A stretch of 63,805 nt of DNA, counting the filler, from Octopus bimaculoides (lineage: Eukaryota), in NCBI RefSeq assembly GCF_001194135.2. It is 6 parts of 6 records of this genome, joined end to end, with 100 filler letters (N's around TTAATTAATTAA, not from the genome) between each part and the next. Parts side by side here need not be neighbours in the genome. Positions count along the whole stretch, not along the records: positions 46,284 to 57,663 come from NC_068983.1; positions 57,764 to 61,694 come from NW_026431299.1; positions 61,795 to 63,805 come from NC_068984.1; 3 more parts are not named here. One strand, written 5' to 3'. Positions within the stretch are counted from its first letter, which is position 1. The number at the start of each line of letters is the position of its first letter. This document shows, in pieces, positions 50,224 to 63,805 of the stretch. A program made the translations under genes and the position numbers. A model generated the notes under the pieces. It did no database searches and was not told the DNA's origin. It saw only the letters and a program-made list of their open reading frames with translations.

Positions 50224-50562
50224 TGTGTGTGTGTGTGTATGTGTGTGTGTGTGTGTATGTGTGTGTTTGTGTGTGTATTTGTGTGTGTGCGTGCATGAAA
50301 AGAATAAGTCCTGGGGTCGATTTCTTCAACTAAAAAAGCCTTTAAGGCGATTGAACCAAATAAAAGAATAAAAGAATAAAGAATCCAAGAGGTTAACAAT
50401 ATATATTTCAACACACAATTACGATTAACGTAATTTTGTAAAACTTCTTGCTCATTATCTCGACCTAGGGTTATAAATAGAGAATAAATTTAGAGTGGAT
50501 TGTAGGCATTTGACATCTACTTCTAGCTTATAAGTGCTGGCGTTCCAGCGCCCTTAATTCTA

Positions 50563-50615
<53 letters not shown>

Positions 50616-51535
50616 ATATATATATATATATGGACCTATAGACATATATACATGTGTATGTCTGTTTGTATGTTTACGTAAGGATATGTGGATGTATTTA
50701 CTAAATGAGAGATAATATAAACGAAGTTCATGATTCAAAAGTCACATCATGGAAAGAACTTCAGTATGAATAAAAAAATATATATATAAAGAACCTTTTT
50801 AAAAAAAATCTATATAAATCGAACTAAAAATGAAAGAATGAAGAGGAATACATCAATTATTTGCTTCAGATAATCAGAAATGATCCCTACGTGTTTTAAA
50901 ACCGTCTCATATAATTGTTCTGAATGTTTATTTAATTAAATAATTTTTGATATTTGTCTTTTACTTCTACAATTTTACACGGATAACAAAAAAAAAAAAA
51001 AATGATATGAATTCAAGCAGTGTAAAAAGCAAAACAATTATGAAGTTAACTTTGATAAAATATAAAAGGAATAAAGCAAATTGGTACTGCAAATCTAATA
51101 TTGCTTGCTAAGTAAATATGCTTGGGATCATATTAAATTCAAATGCCTCGAAGTAGAATCTAAATAATTCTAATTGTTAAAAAATTATCCAGGGCGTTCA
51201 TAGATGCATAAACATGTCCACGCTGAGGCACTTCAATCCGCCTATTCCTACACTAGCCTACCTATCGGTGCCTATATCTATCCTTTCACCCATATACATG
51301 CATATGCACACACACCCCCCCCCCCNNNNNNNNNNNNNNNNNNNNNNNNNNNNNNNNNNNNNNCACACACACACACACCTACACACATACAAGATCTCCC
51401 GAAATTAAGGCAACCGAAGTTTCGGGCTTTAATAACTATCAATAAATGTGAAATGAAAATTATACATCATTATAAAAGCTTAGCGTGTCTTCTTTTTGTT
51501 TCAGACTAAATAGATTTAGATTTATGAATTAAATA

Positions 51536-52520
51536 ATGGATCTAGACCGAAATACAATCATAATACTCCACACATGAGGTGAAAGTAATACAGCTATAGC
51601 AAAATAGCTTAAAATTAACTGAACAACAGTCAGGAAAATTGTCAAGAAATTTCATTAGATTGGTTCCACCACTGATCGACCTGAACGTAGCGGAAAAAGA
51701 AGTGTGTGATGTCCTCAGTATCAGAGAAATGATATGGCGAAATCCCCGATGTTCCGTCAGAAAACTGGCTGCCATAGAAAATATAAGCCGATCATCGATG
51801 TATCAAATGTTGAAGGAGGATCTCAGGACTCATCCCTACAAGATGCACCGTTGTAATGAGCTCACGTAATGAGACGGGGTAGAAATCATATTATCCTGCG
51901 TCAGATTGCTGAAGGCAAGTTGCCCAACATGGTGTTCACTAATGAAAAGAAATTTGACATCGGACAAGCAGTAAACAATCAGAAAGACCGACTTCGGTGT
52001 GTATCTGGCTCCGTCGAGATTAGACTCGTTAAATCGACTTCAAAACGCACATATATTTGTGGTTTGGACGTCTATGACAACTACTAGAAGGTCTTCCAAC
52101 TTTTTTGTACCCACGAGTGTTAAAATTAATACCCACCGATACATTAGCGACATTCTGTAAACTGAACCGCTTCCATGGGCGAATGAGCACTTTCAAAGCA
52201 CACATTAGAGCCTCCGAGAAGACTCATTGTCATTCTACAGCTCCAGACAGAAACAACACTGGATTCAGAAAAAAATATTCCATCGTTTATAGGCAAGGAT
52301 GTATGGCTCTCAAGAAGCCCCAATCTCAACCCATTGAAAATTTCTGTTTACGCCATGTTGGAGACGAGGGCCTTGAGCTCTTCCTCATGCTTCGCTCGAC
52401 GCTATAAAGGAAAAACTGCCAAGAATGGGCTTCAATTCTGCAAGAACAGATGCGCGTCGCTTGTGAAGCATTGGCACCTAGACTTAAGGTTGTGATTCGA
52501 AATAAATGTGATAGTATCAT
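51536..52520 (+). mobile_element. IS630-Tc1-mariner transposase relic (DD37D/maT-like features), many stops
   Basis: MDLDRNTIIILH..GESNTAIAK.LKIN.TTV.KIVKKF..GST.DRP.SG; RNPRCSVRKLA; VFTNEKKFDIGQAVNNQ.DR; SRSPNLNP. Right TIR not found. Confidence 0.85.
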
Positions 52521-53759
52521 AATTGTGTTTCTTTTACCATTGCATTGCAATGCTTGTACTCGAAATTTAAGAATATGGCAAAATATTACCTCATCTGCAT
52601 CACCGAGTCATTCTTCTTTGTGCAGTGGCGTCCGATTGTCTCGTGTTCTACTGCTAACTTGATGATTTGTGGCGACCATAGTAACAAGCAACAATCCGGG
52701 TCAGTATGAATGTCCTCCATATCCTGAATATTCTGAATATTTTCATGATCCTATCAGCCACTCGCCTACACAGTATTGCCATTTTGGTAATATGCACATA
52801 GAATGTTGCATCCCAGGTCCCACAGCGAACCTGACACTGCGATTGGACAAACCTGATCCTGTGTAGTCCAATTCTAATCAATATGTAAGCAAATAGTAGA
52901 ATTCTTGAAACTCCTATTCAATCTACTGGTATACTGCATGCATGTGTTTTTTTTTCTGTTCGTGTTTATGCGATGGGTGTCAGGATATTTAATGCCCATA
53001 GAAATGTTGCCTGTGGGTGCAGGAAGTAATCTATGTTGTTGAGCTCTCTTGTGACATATGGAGGCAATTTGTTGAAAGACGTAATGCAGGTCACAAAACG
53101 TTGTTTCCGACATAGGTGTCAATCTGACAGTTCGTTTCGCTGAACATCTGTGACTATAGTAAATTTGACATTCATATATTCTACCTGAATGACTTGCACT
53201 ATTTCATACTATGTATGCATAAATGCGTGTATATATATATATNNNNNNNNNNNNNNNNNNNNNNNNNNNNNNNNNNNNNNNNNNNNNNNNNNNNNNNNNN
53301 NNNNNNNNNNNNNNNNNNNNNNNNNNNNNNNNNNNNNNNNNNNNNNNNNNNNNNNNNNNNNNNNNNNNNNNNNNNNNNNNNNNNNNNNNNNNNNNNNNNN
53401 NNNNNNNNNNNNNNNNNNNNNNNNNNNNNNNNNNNNNNNNNNNNNNNNNNNNNNNNNNNNNNNNNNNNNNNNNNNNNNNNNNNNNNNNNNNNNNNNNNNN
53501 NNNNNNNNNNNNNNNNNNNNNNNNNNNNNNNNNNNNNNNNNNNNNNNNNNNNNNNNNNNNNNNNNNNNNNNNNNNNNNNNNNNNNNNNNNNNNNNNNNNN
53601 NNNNNNNNNNNNNNNNNNNNNNNNNNNNNNNNNNNNNNNNNNNNNNNNNNNNNNNNNNNNNNNNNNNNNNNNNNNNNNNNNNNNNNNNNNNNNNNNNNNN
53701 NNNNNNNNNNNNNNNNNNNNNNNNNNNNNNNNNNNNNNNTATACATATATATGTATGTG

Positions 53760-53982
53760 TGTGTGTATGTTTGTGTGTCTGTGTTTGTCCCCCCCCCAAC
53801 TTCGCATGACCACCGATGCTGGTGTGTTTACGTCCCCGTAACTTAGCGGCTCGGTAAAAAAGAAACTGATTGAATAAGTACTAAGCTTACAAAGAATAAG
53901 TCCTGGGGTCGATTTGCTCGACTAAAGGCGGTGCTCCAGCATGGCCACAGTCAAATGACTGAAACAATAAAAGAGTAAAAGA

Positions 53983-53985
<3 letters not shown>
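53760..53985 (+). mobile_element. SINE family B 3' half following a gap
   Basis: Canonical tail motifs. Confidence 0.88.
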
Positions 53986-54023
<38 letters not shown>

Positions 54024-54258
54024 CACTTATACATACACACATAAAAATAAACACACATACATACACACATATGATGATCGTTTCGATAATTGATAAGACC
54101 AACCATCATCCCAAGGTACAGTCTTGAATAATGGTTAAGAGCTATCTCTCTCAGTACGAAACCAATGGTAGTCTGCTTGCTCTGCGAAAATTTGTCCACG
54201 GATGCGCTGTTGACTCATCCTCACCGTTCAATATTACCGAGTATCTATCTATCTATCA

Positions 54259-54289
<31 letters not shown>

Positions 54290-54478
54290 NNNNNNNNNNN
54301 NNNNNNNNNNNNNNNNNNNNNNNNNNNNNNNNNNNNNNNNNNNNNNNNNNNNNNNNNNNNNNNNNNNNNNNNNNNNNNNNNNNNNNNNNNNNNNNNNNNN
54401 NNNNNNNNNNNNNNNNNNNNNNNNNNNNNNNNNNNNNNNNNNNNNNNNNNNNNNNNNNNNNNNNNNNNNNNNNNATAC

Positions 54479-54518
<40 letters not shown>

Positions 54519-55249
54519 CATATGCGTGTGTTTGCAGCCGTGTGCGTGGTTGGTATACCTGGTATATAATTGTCCATTAGTAAACGGATATTAGATAATG
54601 TTTGAACCTGGAAAAGCAAAGTCAATAACGTAATCATTATAATTGTGAAATTTACTTGATGGAATGCTGAATGCTTTTGATTATAATTTCCTTCGTCTAT
54701 TTATAGCGAAGCTATTTCAATATATATATAAACTTTTTATTTGTATTTTTTTTCTTTACATGCATTTAATTTGTTTTTGTTATTAATGTTGAATCTTCTA
54801 CTGATCTCTCACACTCTCCTGATTAATTTGATATGCCTGTTGATGCTGATGATGACGTCAAAATCATAGTTGTTGTTTTGCCACTTAAAAAACATTCATC
54901 TCTATGACGCAACTGAGTTTATCAACCTTAAATTGGTGAGAAAAGAGAAAAAATACGGAAATTCTATTTACATTTCGGATCAATGCGGTTTTTTGTCCAT
55001 TACCATTTAGTTTTTAAAGGAGACATTTTGTCGTTTAAAAGATAATGTTTATTTTCTATTTTAATTCCTTACTAAACAATAATTGAAAAATAAAAATCAA
55101 TGATATTTTATTGCTTGGATCTTGACATTCCATAACCAACTAAATAACGGCATTTTTTTCCGTTTTTAACTCATGCTTCACCACATACATATATGTATAC
55201 CAATCTTTTTGGCAATTATTCATAACTATGGAGAACATATAATTGTACT

Positions 55250-55915
55250 TGTTGCTCTATTTTAGTTTCTGCCGAGTAGCCCAAAGACTCTGACCAGAGT
55301 GGGGCACCTCCACAATCCCTAACTTTTCAATGGCTATTAACATGTGGTTGGCCTTTGGTTAATGAATGACTGTGATGTTGCTGCTCACATTTCAGTTTCT
55401 TGACGTGATGTAGGTTTATCTCAGATCTTCCACAGCTGTTTGTCAAAATGCTTCTTGAAAATATCTACCTCCACTTTCTGTAGGTCTCTCAGGTTTTTGG
55501 GCAGGACATTAAAAAGCTGTGGGTCTTTGAGTCCCAGGCCACCTGGTCCTTGCTCTAGGCGGGATGGTAGGAACATTTAGAACAGTGTCTGACTACTGTC
55601 TCCCGTATTTAAATCCATGTACAACGCTCCCTTCGCTCCAGAGAGCAAAGTCGTAATTCTTTTAGTATCTCCCATTTACTCAAATGTTTCATTGTGCAAT
55701 ATGTTTGGTGTAGCAAGCTGCCTCAAGTTTCGCAATTGAATTGACATTGTTGGGAGACCAGTGTAGAGCAGCAGTAGTGCAGTTTCCTGGACCTTTGTTT
55801 TGTAAGTTATCAGAATCTGTCTGGCTATTCGGCTGCTAATTGCCACTAACTTAGTGTTATGTTTATAAAAGAACGCTTCATTGCTCATATCAATCCACAG
55901 AATTCTCGACCTTTA
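55250..55915 (-). mobile_element. CR1/L2-group LINE 3' relic
   Basis: ..ILKELRLCSLERRER..; PQLFNVLPKNLRDLQKVEVDIFKKHFDK.L..I.DKPTSRQE. Confidence 0.75.
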
Positions 55916-56495
55916 TGGTATAGTATATCTTTAGCACAAGCTCGCTGATAAGCTATGGTTTAGACTTTGTCTGCATTAGATTGCATTTTGTTTTCTTCAG
56001 TCCATTTTTATGCTATCTAGAATTCTGTAGAAGATAAAACATCAAGAGGACTTTTGATTGCTTGTTTTACATCTATGTCACCGGCCTATCTAGTAAGAGC
56101 GGCTGCCTGTATAACTGATGGCATGTCTGAGAACGTTATCACAAACAGCAGCGGTCTGTAGGCTGTTCCATAAGTCACTTCGCACGCAATTGTTGTGTAC
56201 GGTTCAGTCCCACTGCGTGGCACATTCAGCAAATGTTTTCTACTGTCGCCACACGTCAACTAAAGACCTGTGAGTAGTTTTGGTTAACGGAAACTTAAAG
56301 AAGCCGGTCGTTAATTTAAATAATAAGGTGAAAAATTGATTATTAATTTGATTAATATCAATTTAAAACTAGTGGCTTAGCAAATTGAAAACTCTGAAGA
56401 TTCATATATATATATATGCTTTAACACGATGCTAAAACACTTTAACACGATACTCTAGACTGGCCGCAGTTAAATCACTAAAAGATTTAAAAACC

Positions 56496-56570
<75 letters not shown>

Positions 56571-57174
56571 TATTAGATAATAAATCGTATGGTACACACC
56601 TGGTAGCTTACCGGTAAAGCACGTTCACTTTCACAGAGTTCGTTTGGTATTTGATCAATGAGAGAGACAGAAGATGGAAAATCTGACTACTACAGTTGTT
56701 TCGACCCATTTTTATAAACACAAATTATCTATTTAATTCATTGTATCAGCGTATGTCTGCCAAACCACGCTTCGGTGTATGCTTATATCTTCGTATAAGA
56801 TTGTAAAATCGAGAGTACGTGCGCAGTACAACCTAAGCGAGGGCATGTATACATCCATATCTGCTAACGGTTATATCTAATGCTTTTTTCGCTATATTGT
56901 TTATTTGTTTCTTTTTGCATCTGATCTTCTATAATAATGAAGTTGCATCGCTTAATTTGCTACTTTTATATACACATATCAAGAAGAAAATTTCCGGAAC
57001 AGATGCTATTTTAACTAGATACTTCTTGTAATCACCTAAAGAGACACATCTATACCGATAGTTACTCCAACACCAATTACCCAGTATCTCACCCATCAGG
57101 GATAAATGCTAGATAGGTTGAAGCAGTTGTAGTAATGAATAAAGATTCTCGTATCTTCTATCTTCCGTTCCTCT

Positions 57175-57242
<68 letters not shown>

Positions 57243-57509
57243 GCAGTCAACTTAATGTGACAGTGCCAATAAGAGAATCATACTGCTGCTATTTAGCCCT
57301 AGGAAGCTGGACCGCTTCCTGTCGGCCTTGACACATTTCCTATGTTCTTATATTTGCGAAGGGGAGACAAGTACACGAATCCAGCCTAGTCTGCATTCAG
57401 GGATATGTTTCTGAGTCATTGCTCGTCATCAACCTGAAAAACGTTTATTATGATCACAAAGGATCAAATACATAGATGGTTACAATACAGGACAAACATA
57501 TATATACAT

Positions 57510-57543
<34 letters not shown>

Positions 57544-57552
57544 TACATGTGT

Positions 57553-57622
<70 letters not shown>

Positions 57623-57624
57623 GC

Positions 57625-57661
<37 letters not shown>

Positions 57662-58228
57662 TANNNNNNNNNNNNNNNNNNNNNNNNNNNNNNNNNNNNN
57701 NNNNNNNTTAATTAATTAANNNNNNNNNNNNNNNNNNNNNNNNNNNNNNNNNNNNNNNNNNNNATATATATATATGCATATATGGGTACAGGATGTCACC
57801 AACAGTGCAAACAATATGAAATACGTAAACAACGAGAAAAAATGGAAAACAGGACAAGTAAACACAGAGAAAGGACCCTTCATCAGTTGTCGGCTGTCTA
57901 TCTACTCCTCATTTCGAGCATTCAACGATACTATGAGTCTTCAAAGACAGTTGCTTCCATAAATTGGAAAGGAAAATTTAGGATTTATAGGGTCAAAGTT
58001 GGGAACAAAAACATGACAATGAAGACATACAAGGAAACCGAACGAAAACAAACATAGAGTGTCGTTAGACAAGAACGAGAGGGAAATAGTGAAGGCTGTG
58101 AGAAAACATTGTTTTGAAAGGAGAAAAGATAGAAGAGAGAGAGAGGAAAAACAAAAAATCACGTCAGTACTCTTGAACGTCCATGCAGGAAAAGAAAGAT
58201 GGACGTTGGCCACATGTGAGCAACGCGC

Positions 58229-58270
<42 letters not shown>

Positions 58271-59468
58271 AAGAGAAGAAAAGAAAAAGCGGGGAGAGAG
58301 AGATATAGAAAACAGTGAAGGAGGGAGTGGGAGAAAAGGGAATTAGAGACGGATGGAGGAAGAAAACAGTATAGAGTAGAGAGTCGCATCAAAAAGGTGA
58401 ATGAGAACCTTACTTGAAAATGGATGCCTGGCGATCAATTAAATAATAAATGNNNNNNNNNNNNNNNNNNNNNNNNNNNNNNNNNNNNNNNNNNNNNNNN
58501 NNNNNNNNNNNNNNNNNNNNNNNNNNNNNNNNNNNNNNNNNNNNNNNNNNNNNNNNNNNNNNNNNNNNNNNNNNNNNNNNNNNNNNNNNNNNNNNNNNNN
58601 NNNNNNNNNNNNNNNNNNNNNNNNNNNNNNNNNNNNNNNNNNNNNNNNNNNNNNNNNNNNNNNNNNNNNNNNNNNNNNNNNNNNNNNNNNNNNNNNNNNN
58701 NNNNNNNNNNNNNNNNNNNNNNNNNNNNNNNNNNNNNNNNNNNNNNNNNNNNNNNNNNNNNNNNNNNNNNNNNNNNNNNNNNNNNNNNNNNNNNNNNNNN
58801 NNNNNNNNNNNNNNNNNNNNNNNNNNNNNNNNNNNNNNNNNNNNNNNNNNNNNNNNNNNNNNNNNNNNNNNNNNNNNNNNNNNNNNNNNNNNNNNNNNNN
58901 NNNNNNNNNNNNNNNNNNNNNNNNNNNNNNNNNNNNNNNNNNNNNNNNNNNNNNNNNNNNNNNNNNNNNNNNNNNNNNNNNNNNNNNNNNNNNNNNNNNN
59001 NNNNNNNNNNNNNNNNNNNNNNNNNNNNNNNNNNNNNNNNNNNNNNNNNNNNNNNNNNNNNNNNNNNNNNNNNNNNNNNNNNNNNNNNNNNNNNNNNNNN
59101 NNNNNNNNNNNNNNNNNNNNNNNNNNNNNNNNNNNNNNNNNNNNNNNNNNNNNNNNNNNNNNNNNNNNNNNNNNNNNNNNNNNNNNNNNNNNNNNNNNNN
59201 NNNNNNNNNNNNNNNNNNNNNNNNNNNNNNNNNNNNNNNNNNNNNNNNNNNNNNNNNNNNNNNNNNNNNNNNNGTGTGTGTGTGCGTGTGTGTGTGTTTG
59301 AGAAAGAGTGAGAGAGTGGGGGGAGATACAGATAGGTGTGGAGAGGTTACGTGTGTGTGTGTATGGCAGTATATGATTTAGTCGAAGTAAATGCGCACTT
59401 GTTTTTGTTCGTGGCACCAACTGTAGAAGGATATGCGTGTGAGTGTTCGCGTGTGCGTACCGAAACAT

Positions 59469-59515
<47 letters not shown>

Positions 59516-59816
59516 TGCTCTCTACCCCCACACATACCCGTCCCCACACTGACACGCACTTACATACACCCACAATCATATACTTACGCATATACAGACA
59601 CATATACATATATACGCACACACACAGAATCACATGCACACACATACACACACACACGTTCACATGCACATAAACACACACACGCACACATATATATACA
59701 CATATACAGACCCATATACATATATACGTACGTATACACACACTCACATAAACACACACACACACACACATATACAGACACATACATATATACGTACGTA
59801 TACACACACTCATACA

Positions 59817-59851
<35 letters not shown>

Positions 59852-60219
59852 CGTCTATTTGACCTCACAATAGTTGTATTTCAAGATATCTATGACACGA
59901 CTGCTGGAGTTCAGTTCGTCCATCTTTTCTGTTTACCAGACGACACTCTGGTGTCACTTGAATTAAAGTCAGAGAAAAGAGAAGGTTATTCATAAAGTCT
60001 AAAAATGAAGTCTCGTCTCTCCGTATGAATGGGCTCGGATTAGTAAGGATTACTCATAGAGGTACACGTAAGCTTAAGGATTTTATGGGGCGCGGGGTGG
60101 ATGCTGCAGAAAGGCAGTGAGATATGGATTTAGGGCAGTTAATTTTTTGCAACCCCCAGAAATAAGAGTCAGTCTGAATGAGATTTGAACTCATGACGTA
60201 AAGAGATTTAACACACACT

Positions 60220-60405
60220 GGCGCAGGAGTGGCTGTGTGGTAAGTAGGTTGCTTACCAACCACATGGTTCCGGGTTCAGTCCCACTGCGTGGCACCTTGG
60301 GCAAGTATCTTCTACTACAGCCTCGGGACGACCAAAGCCTTGTGAGTTGATTTGGTAGATGGAAACTCAAAGAAGCTCGTCGTATATATATATATATATA
60401 TATAT
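60220..60405 (+). mobile_element. SINE family B head running into (TA)n and a gap
   Basis: ggcgcaggagtggctgtgtggtaagtagg..gggttcagtcccactgcgtggcaccttgggcaag. Confidence 0.92.
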
Positions 60406-61122
60406 NNNNNNNNNNNNNNNNNNNNNNNNNNNNNNNNNNNNNNNNNNNNNNNNNNNNNNNNNNNNNNNNNNNNNNNNNNNNNNNNNNNNNNNNNNNNNNN
60501 NNNNNNNNNNNNNNNNNNNNNNNNNNNNNNNNNNNNNNNNNNNNNNNNNNNNNNNNNNNNNNNNNNNNNNNNNNNNNNNNNNNNNNNNNNNNNNNNNNNN
60601 NNNNNNNNNNNNNNNNNNNNNNNNNNNNNNNNNNNNNNNNNNNNNNNNNNNNNNNNNNNNNNNNNNNNNNNNNNNNNNNNNNNNNNNNNNNNNNNNNNNN
60701 NNNNNNNNNNNNNNNNNNNNNNNNNNNNNNNNNNNNNNNNNNNNNNNNNNNNNNNNNNNNNNNNNNNNNNNNNNNNNNNNNNNNNNNNNNNNNNNNNNNN
60801 NNNNNNNNNNNNNNNNNNNNNNNNNNNNNNNNNNNNNNNNNNNNNNNNNNNNNNNNNNNNNNNNNNNNNNNNNNNNNNNNNNNNNNNNNNNNNNNNNNNN
60901 NNNNNNNNNNNNNNNNNNNNNNNNNNNNNNNNNNNNNNNNNNNNNNNNNNNNNNNNNNNNNNNNNNNNNNNNNNNNNNNNNNNNNNNNNNNNNNNNNNNN
61001 NNNNNNNNNNNNNNNNNNNNNNNNNNNNNNNNNNNNNNNNNNNNNNNNNNNNNNNNNNNNNNNNNNNNNNNNNNNNNNNNNNNNNNNNNNNNNNNNNNNN
61101 NNNNNNNNNNNNNNNNNNNNNN

Positions 61123-61340
61123 ATATATAATTTAGAGAAGAACCGCCAATATACAATTCAAACAACGAAAGAGTCCAATCAACTTCCAGAAAAACGTACT
61201 CTATAAAATACTTTAGAATAGTATTTTATAGATCTTTATAGATTTTATACGTTTCTTGTTGATTTTATAAATATACACAACGCCCGATCTGGGAATCGAA
61301 ACTGCGATCCTAACAACTGCGCCATTGCGCCTCCACAGGT
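61123..61340 (-). mobile_element. SINE family C (tRNA-like head), internally deleted
   Basis: gtggaggcgcaatggcgcagttgttagg..gtttcgattcccagatcgggcgttgtg. Confidence 0.6.
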
Positions 61341-61874
61341 GGTAGATGAATGAATGCCAAAATCAGTCTCACCATGAGTTGAGACGAATATAATACTGGC
61401 CAGTCACTATCTGAAACTCTAAAATGTTTTCTTGCATCCACCACCCAGGCAACTCATTAAGATTTCTGCCCGCCAAAAGGACGAACCACGACGCGTGTCT
61501 CGCTGCCTCTCTTTTCCAATGTGATCAAATAGATAGATAAATAGATAGATAAATAGATAGATGGATAGATAGACAGCAGGAAGGATATATGTATACATAT
61601 ATGTGTCTGTGTGTCCGTATGTGTGTTTATGCAATCGTGCACATGCTCACAAACATACACTCACATACAAACACACATACAATACGTACATATANNNNNN
61701 NNNNNNNNNNNNNNNNNNNNNNNNNNNNNNNNNNNNNNTTAATTAATTAANNNNNNNNNNNNNNNNNNNNNNNNNNNNNNNNNNNNNNNNNNNNTATATA
61801 TACATATTATATACATATATATATATATGTCTTGGGAGGGTCATCACATCAATAATGACAACACACACACTCGT

Positions 61875-62111
61875 TCAATATCACTTCTTCATTGTTAGTC
61901 AATTGGTTATATATCTAGTCGACAAACTAATCAATCATTTGTTTAATGTGTTGATTAAACAATCAGAGGTTACTGAGAATGTCGCGATTAGCGACGAAAG
62001 GACTTTGATTCTCAAACAACCGACTGATTGCTTAACGAGCTCATTAAACAAACGATCGATTAGTTGGTAAGATATTTAACCAACTGGCTAGCAATAGAGA
62101 AATGTTATTGA
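61875..62111. repeat. Imperfect foldback palindrome of about 237 bp (MITE-like)
   Basis: Nested complementary blocks, e.g. tttgtttaatg/cattaaacaaa, caatcag/ctgattg, gagaat/attctc, with a central gtcgc-gatta-gcgac hairpin. Confidence 0.8.
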
Positions 62112-62242
62112 TCTGTTGCATGAGTTGTCTGACACAAAAAGATTTGTTGCAATACACCAATTCACAACAAGAATCTTACAGACCTAAATACGAAGTGAAA
62201 CAACTCAGCTTTTATCTATTTAGAAAAAAATGTGTGTGTGTT

Positions 62243-62281
<39 letters not shown>

Positions 62282-62753
62282 GAGAGAGTGGGAGAGCATG
62301 ATGCATAACTCTGCTAGCAGTTTATAGTTGATCATTATCTCTAGATAACACACAGCGATATCTAATTACATGGCAGACATTGAATTGTGTGTCCAGCCTT
62401 CTTAATAGAATCAGAACAGACACTGGCTATTAATAGACGCATGGTTCTAAGGACATAAAAATCTCTTATCTTCTTTTTATCTATCATTTATGTATTCATT
62501 CATTTATTGTTTGGTATTCTCTTCGATTCATCCTATTTCTTGACCAGTTAATTTGAATTTATGGTTTATTATGTATTTGTGGGTTTTTTCTTTTTATTTA
62601 TTCATTTTTTGTTGTAACTATAATATGCAAATAAAGAGATAAGAACATTTTACACGAAGAATTTATATTCTTGAAAATACAAGTTCATCAAGCAAATGGG
62701 TTTTATAAATAAACTTGATGAGTCGATTATTTAAGTATTAGTGTAATAACACT

Positions 62754-63613
62754 GGCAAAGAAAAATGTGCCAAAGCAACCTTGAAAGGAGGAAAACTAGA
62801 TAAGAGTAGCAATATCACACTAGATAAAGCAAATGAAATAAGAGAATTAGACCAATGCCATATATACAAATATTTAGGAATCAATGAACTAGATAGGATA
62901 CAACACACACAAATGAAAGAAGATAAAAAAGGGAATATTATAGACGAGTTAGATTAATACTGAAAACAGAGCTCAATGCGAAAAACAAGATAATAGGTAT
63001 CAACACTTTAGCCGTCCAAGTTATAAGTTACAGCTATTCTTAACTGGACACTAAATAAACTAATCAAAATAGACAGGAAAACAAGAAAAATAATGACAGG
63101 ATCTAGGATGCACCACACAAAATCTGACATTGAAAGGTTATATGTACAACGTATAGAAGGTGGTAGAGGTCTTATACAGCTAGAAAACTATTACAAAATA
63201 AACACCATAGGACTCAGAAATACCTACTTTAGAGACAAGGAAAACTAATAAAAATAGCCAAAAGACACGAACAAAACAAAAAAAAACTGTTTTCAGTCTT
63301 TAAGGAAGCTGAAAAATACAATCAAGAAGTCATACCACCTAACAACTATGAAGGAAAAGAAGAAACAACAAAAGCTTTAAAACAGCTGAAATCCAAACTA
63401 AAACTGGAACAGCAACGGATCATGATAAAACGATGGCAAGAAAAGCCCTTTCATGGCAAATACTGGGTTAAACTAAACACAAAAGAAACAAACAAAGCGA
63501 AATCCCAACAATGGCAGGACTCAAAGCAAAAACTTGAACTTCTAACTTGTCTCTTGAGGTCTCTGAGTGAGACTTGAAGCCAACTTGTACAAATACAAAA
63601 CAAAAGTCAAACA

Positions 63614-63615
<2 letters not shown>
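62754..63615 (+). mobile_element. R4/Dong-clade LINE: RT C-terminal region fused directly to the 3' UTR, ending in (TAA)n
   Basis: GKEKCAKATLKGGKL..YKYLGI..RRVRLILKTELNAKNKIIGINTLAV..IDRKTRKIMT..MHH.KSDIERLYVQRIEGGRGL..WQEKPFHG..SQQW; 3' UTR 63531-63615; (TAA)n to about 63682. Confidence 0.9.
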
Positions 63616-63682
<67 letters not shown>

Positions 63683-63685
63683 TAA

Positions 63686-63805
63686 TTCGTTTTATTGGCC
63701 ACAAGGGTTAATATCAATTAAAGACATATAAGGACAAAGACAGGACGAAGGTTACAAAAGGTTTTGTCCGAAAAGGTAGGAAAGTTCGTCTACACAGAGG
63801 AAGAA
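63686..63805 (-). mobile_element. Tx1/L1-like 3' end, cut by the window edge
   Basis: Minus strand ends cccttgtggccaataaaacgaa, matching the Tx1 tails at 2112 and 2770. Confidence 0.6.

Noticed and set aside
1112-61206. Long ORF-track entries (poly-X, YIYI, CVCV, LSIY, HTHT, poly-R/T/V)
   Set aside because: Translations of microsatellites or N gaps, with no domain content.
61972-62010. CTGAGAA-gtcgc/gcgac-GAAA hammerhead look-alike
   Set aside because: G8 is absent, there is no stem III or stem I, and the flanks pair as part of the larger foldback.

Overview
AT-rich eukaryotic DNA that is almost entirely repeats, with many N gaps and no confidently identifiable host protein-coding exon. The microsatellite density and the tRNA-headed SINE families point to an octopus or other coleoid draft assembly (inference). 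Nearly all ORF-track entries are translated microsatellites or N runs. Contents: a Ty3/Gypsy pol relic; Tx1/L1, R4/Dong-like, RTE, CR1-like and Penelope retroelement fragments; a full-length but inactive mariner with TIRs and TA duplications; Tc1-like and hAT relics; at least four SINE families; and a full-length U2 snRNA retrocopy with a 14-bp target-site duplication. The most interesting signal is a set of minimal type-I hammerhead ribozyme motifs, all on the + strand: 12605-12669, 29357-29446, 31396-31482 and a degenerate one near 15665. They have palindromic stem III and look like Penelope pseudo-LTR ribozymes. Two sit beside an upstream inverted copy of their own 3' half. Coordinates were read by eye; fragment ends are approximate and no alignments or searches were run.
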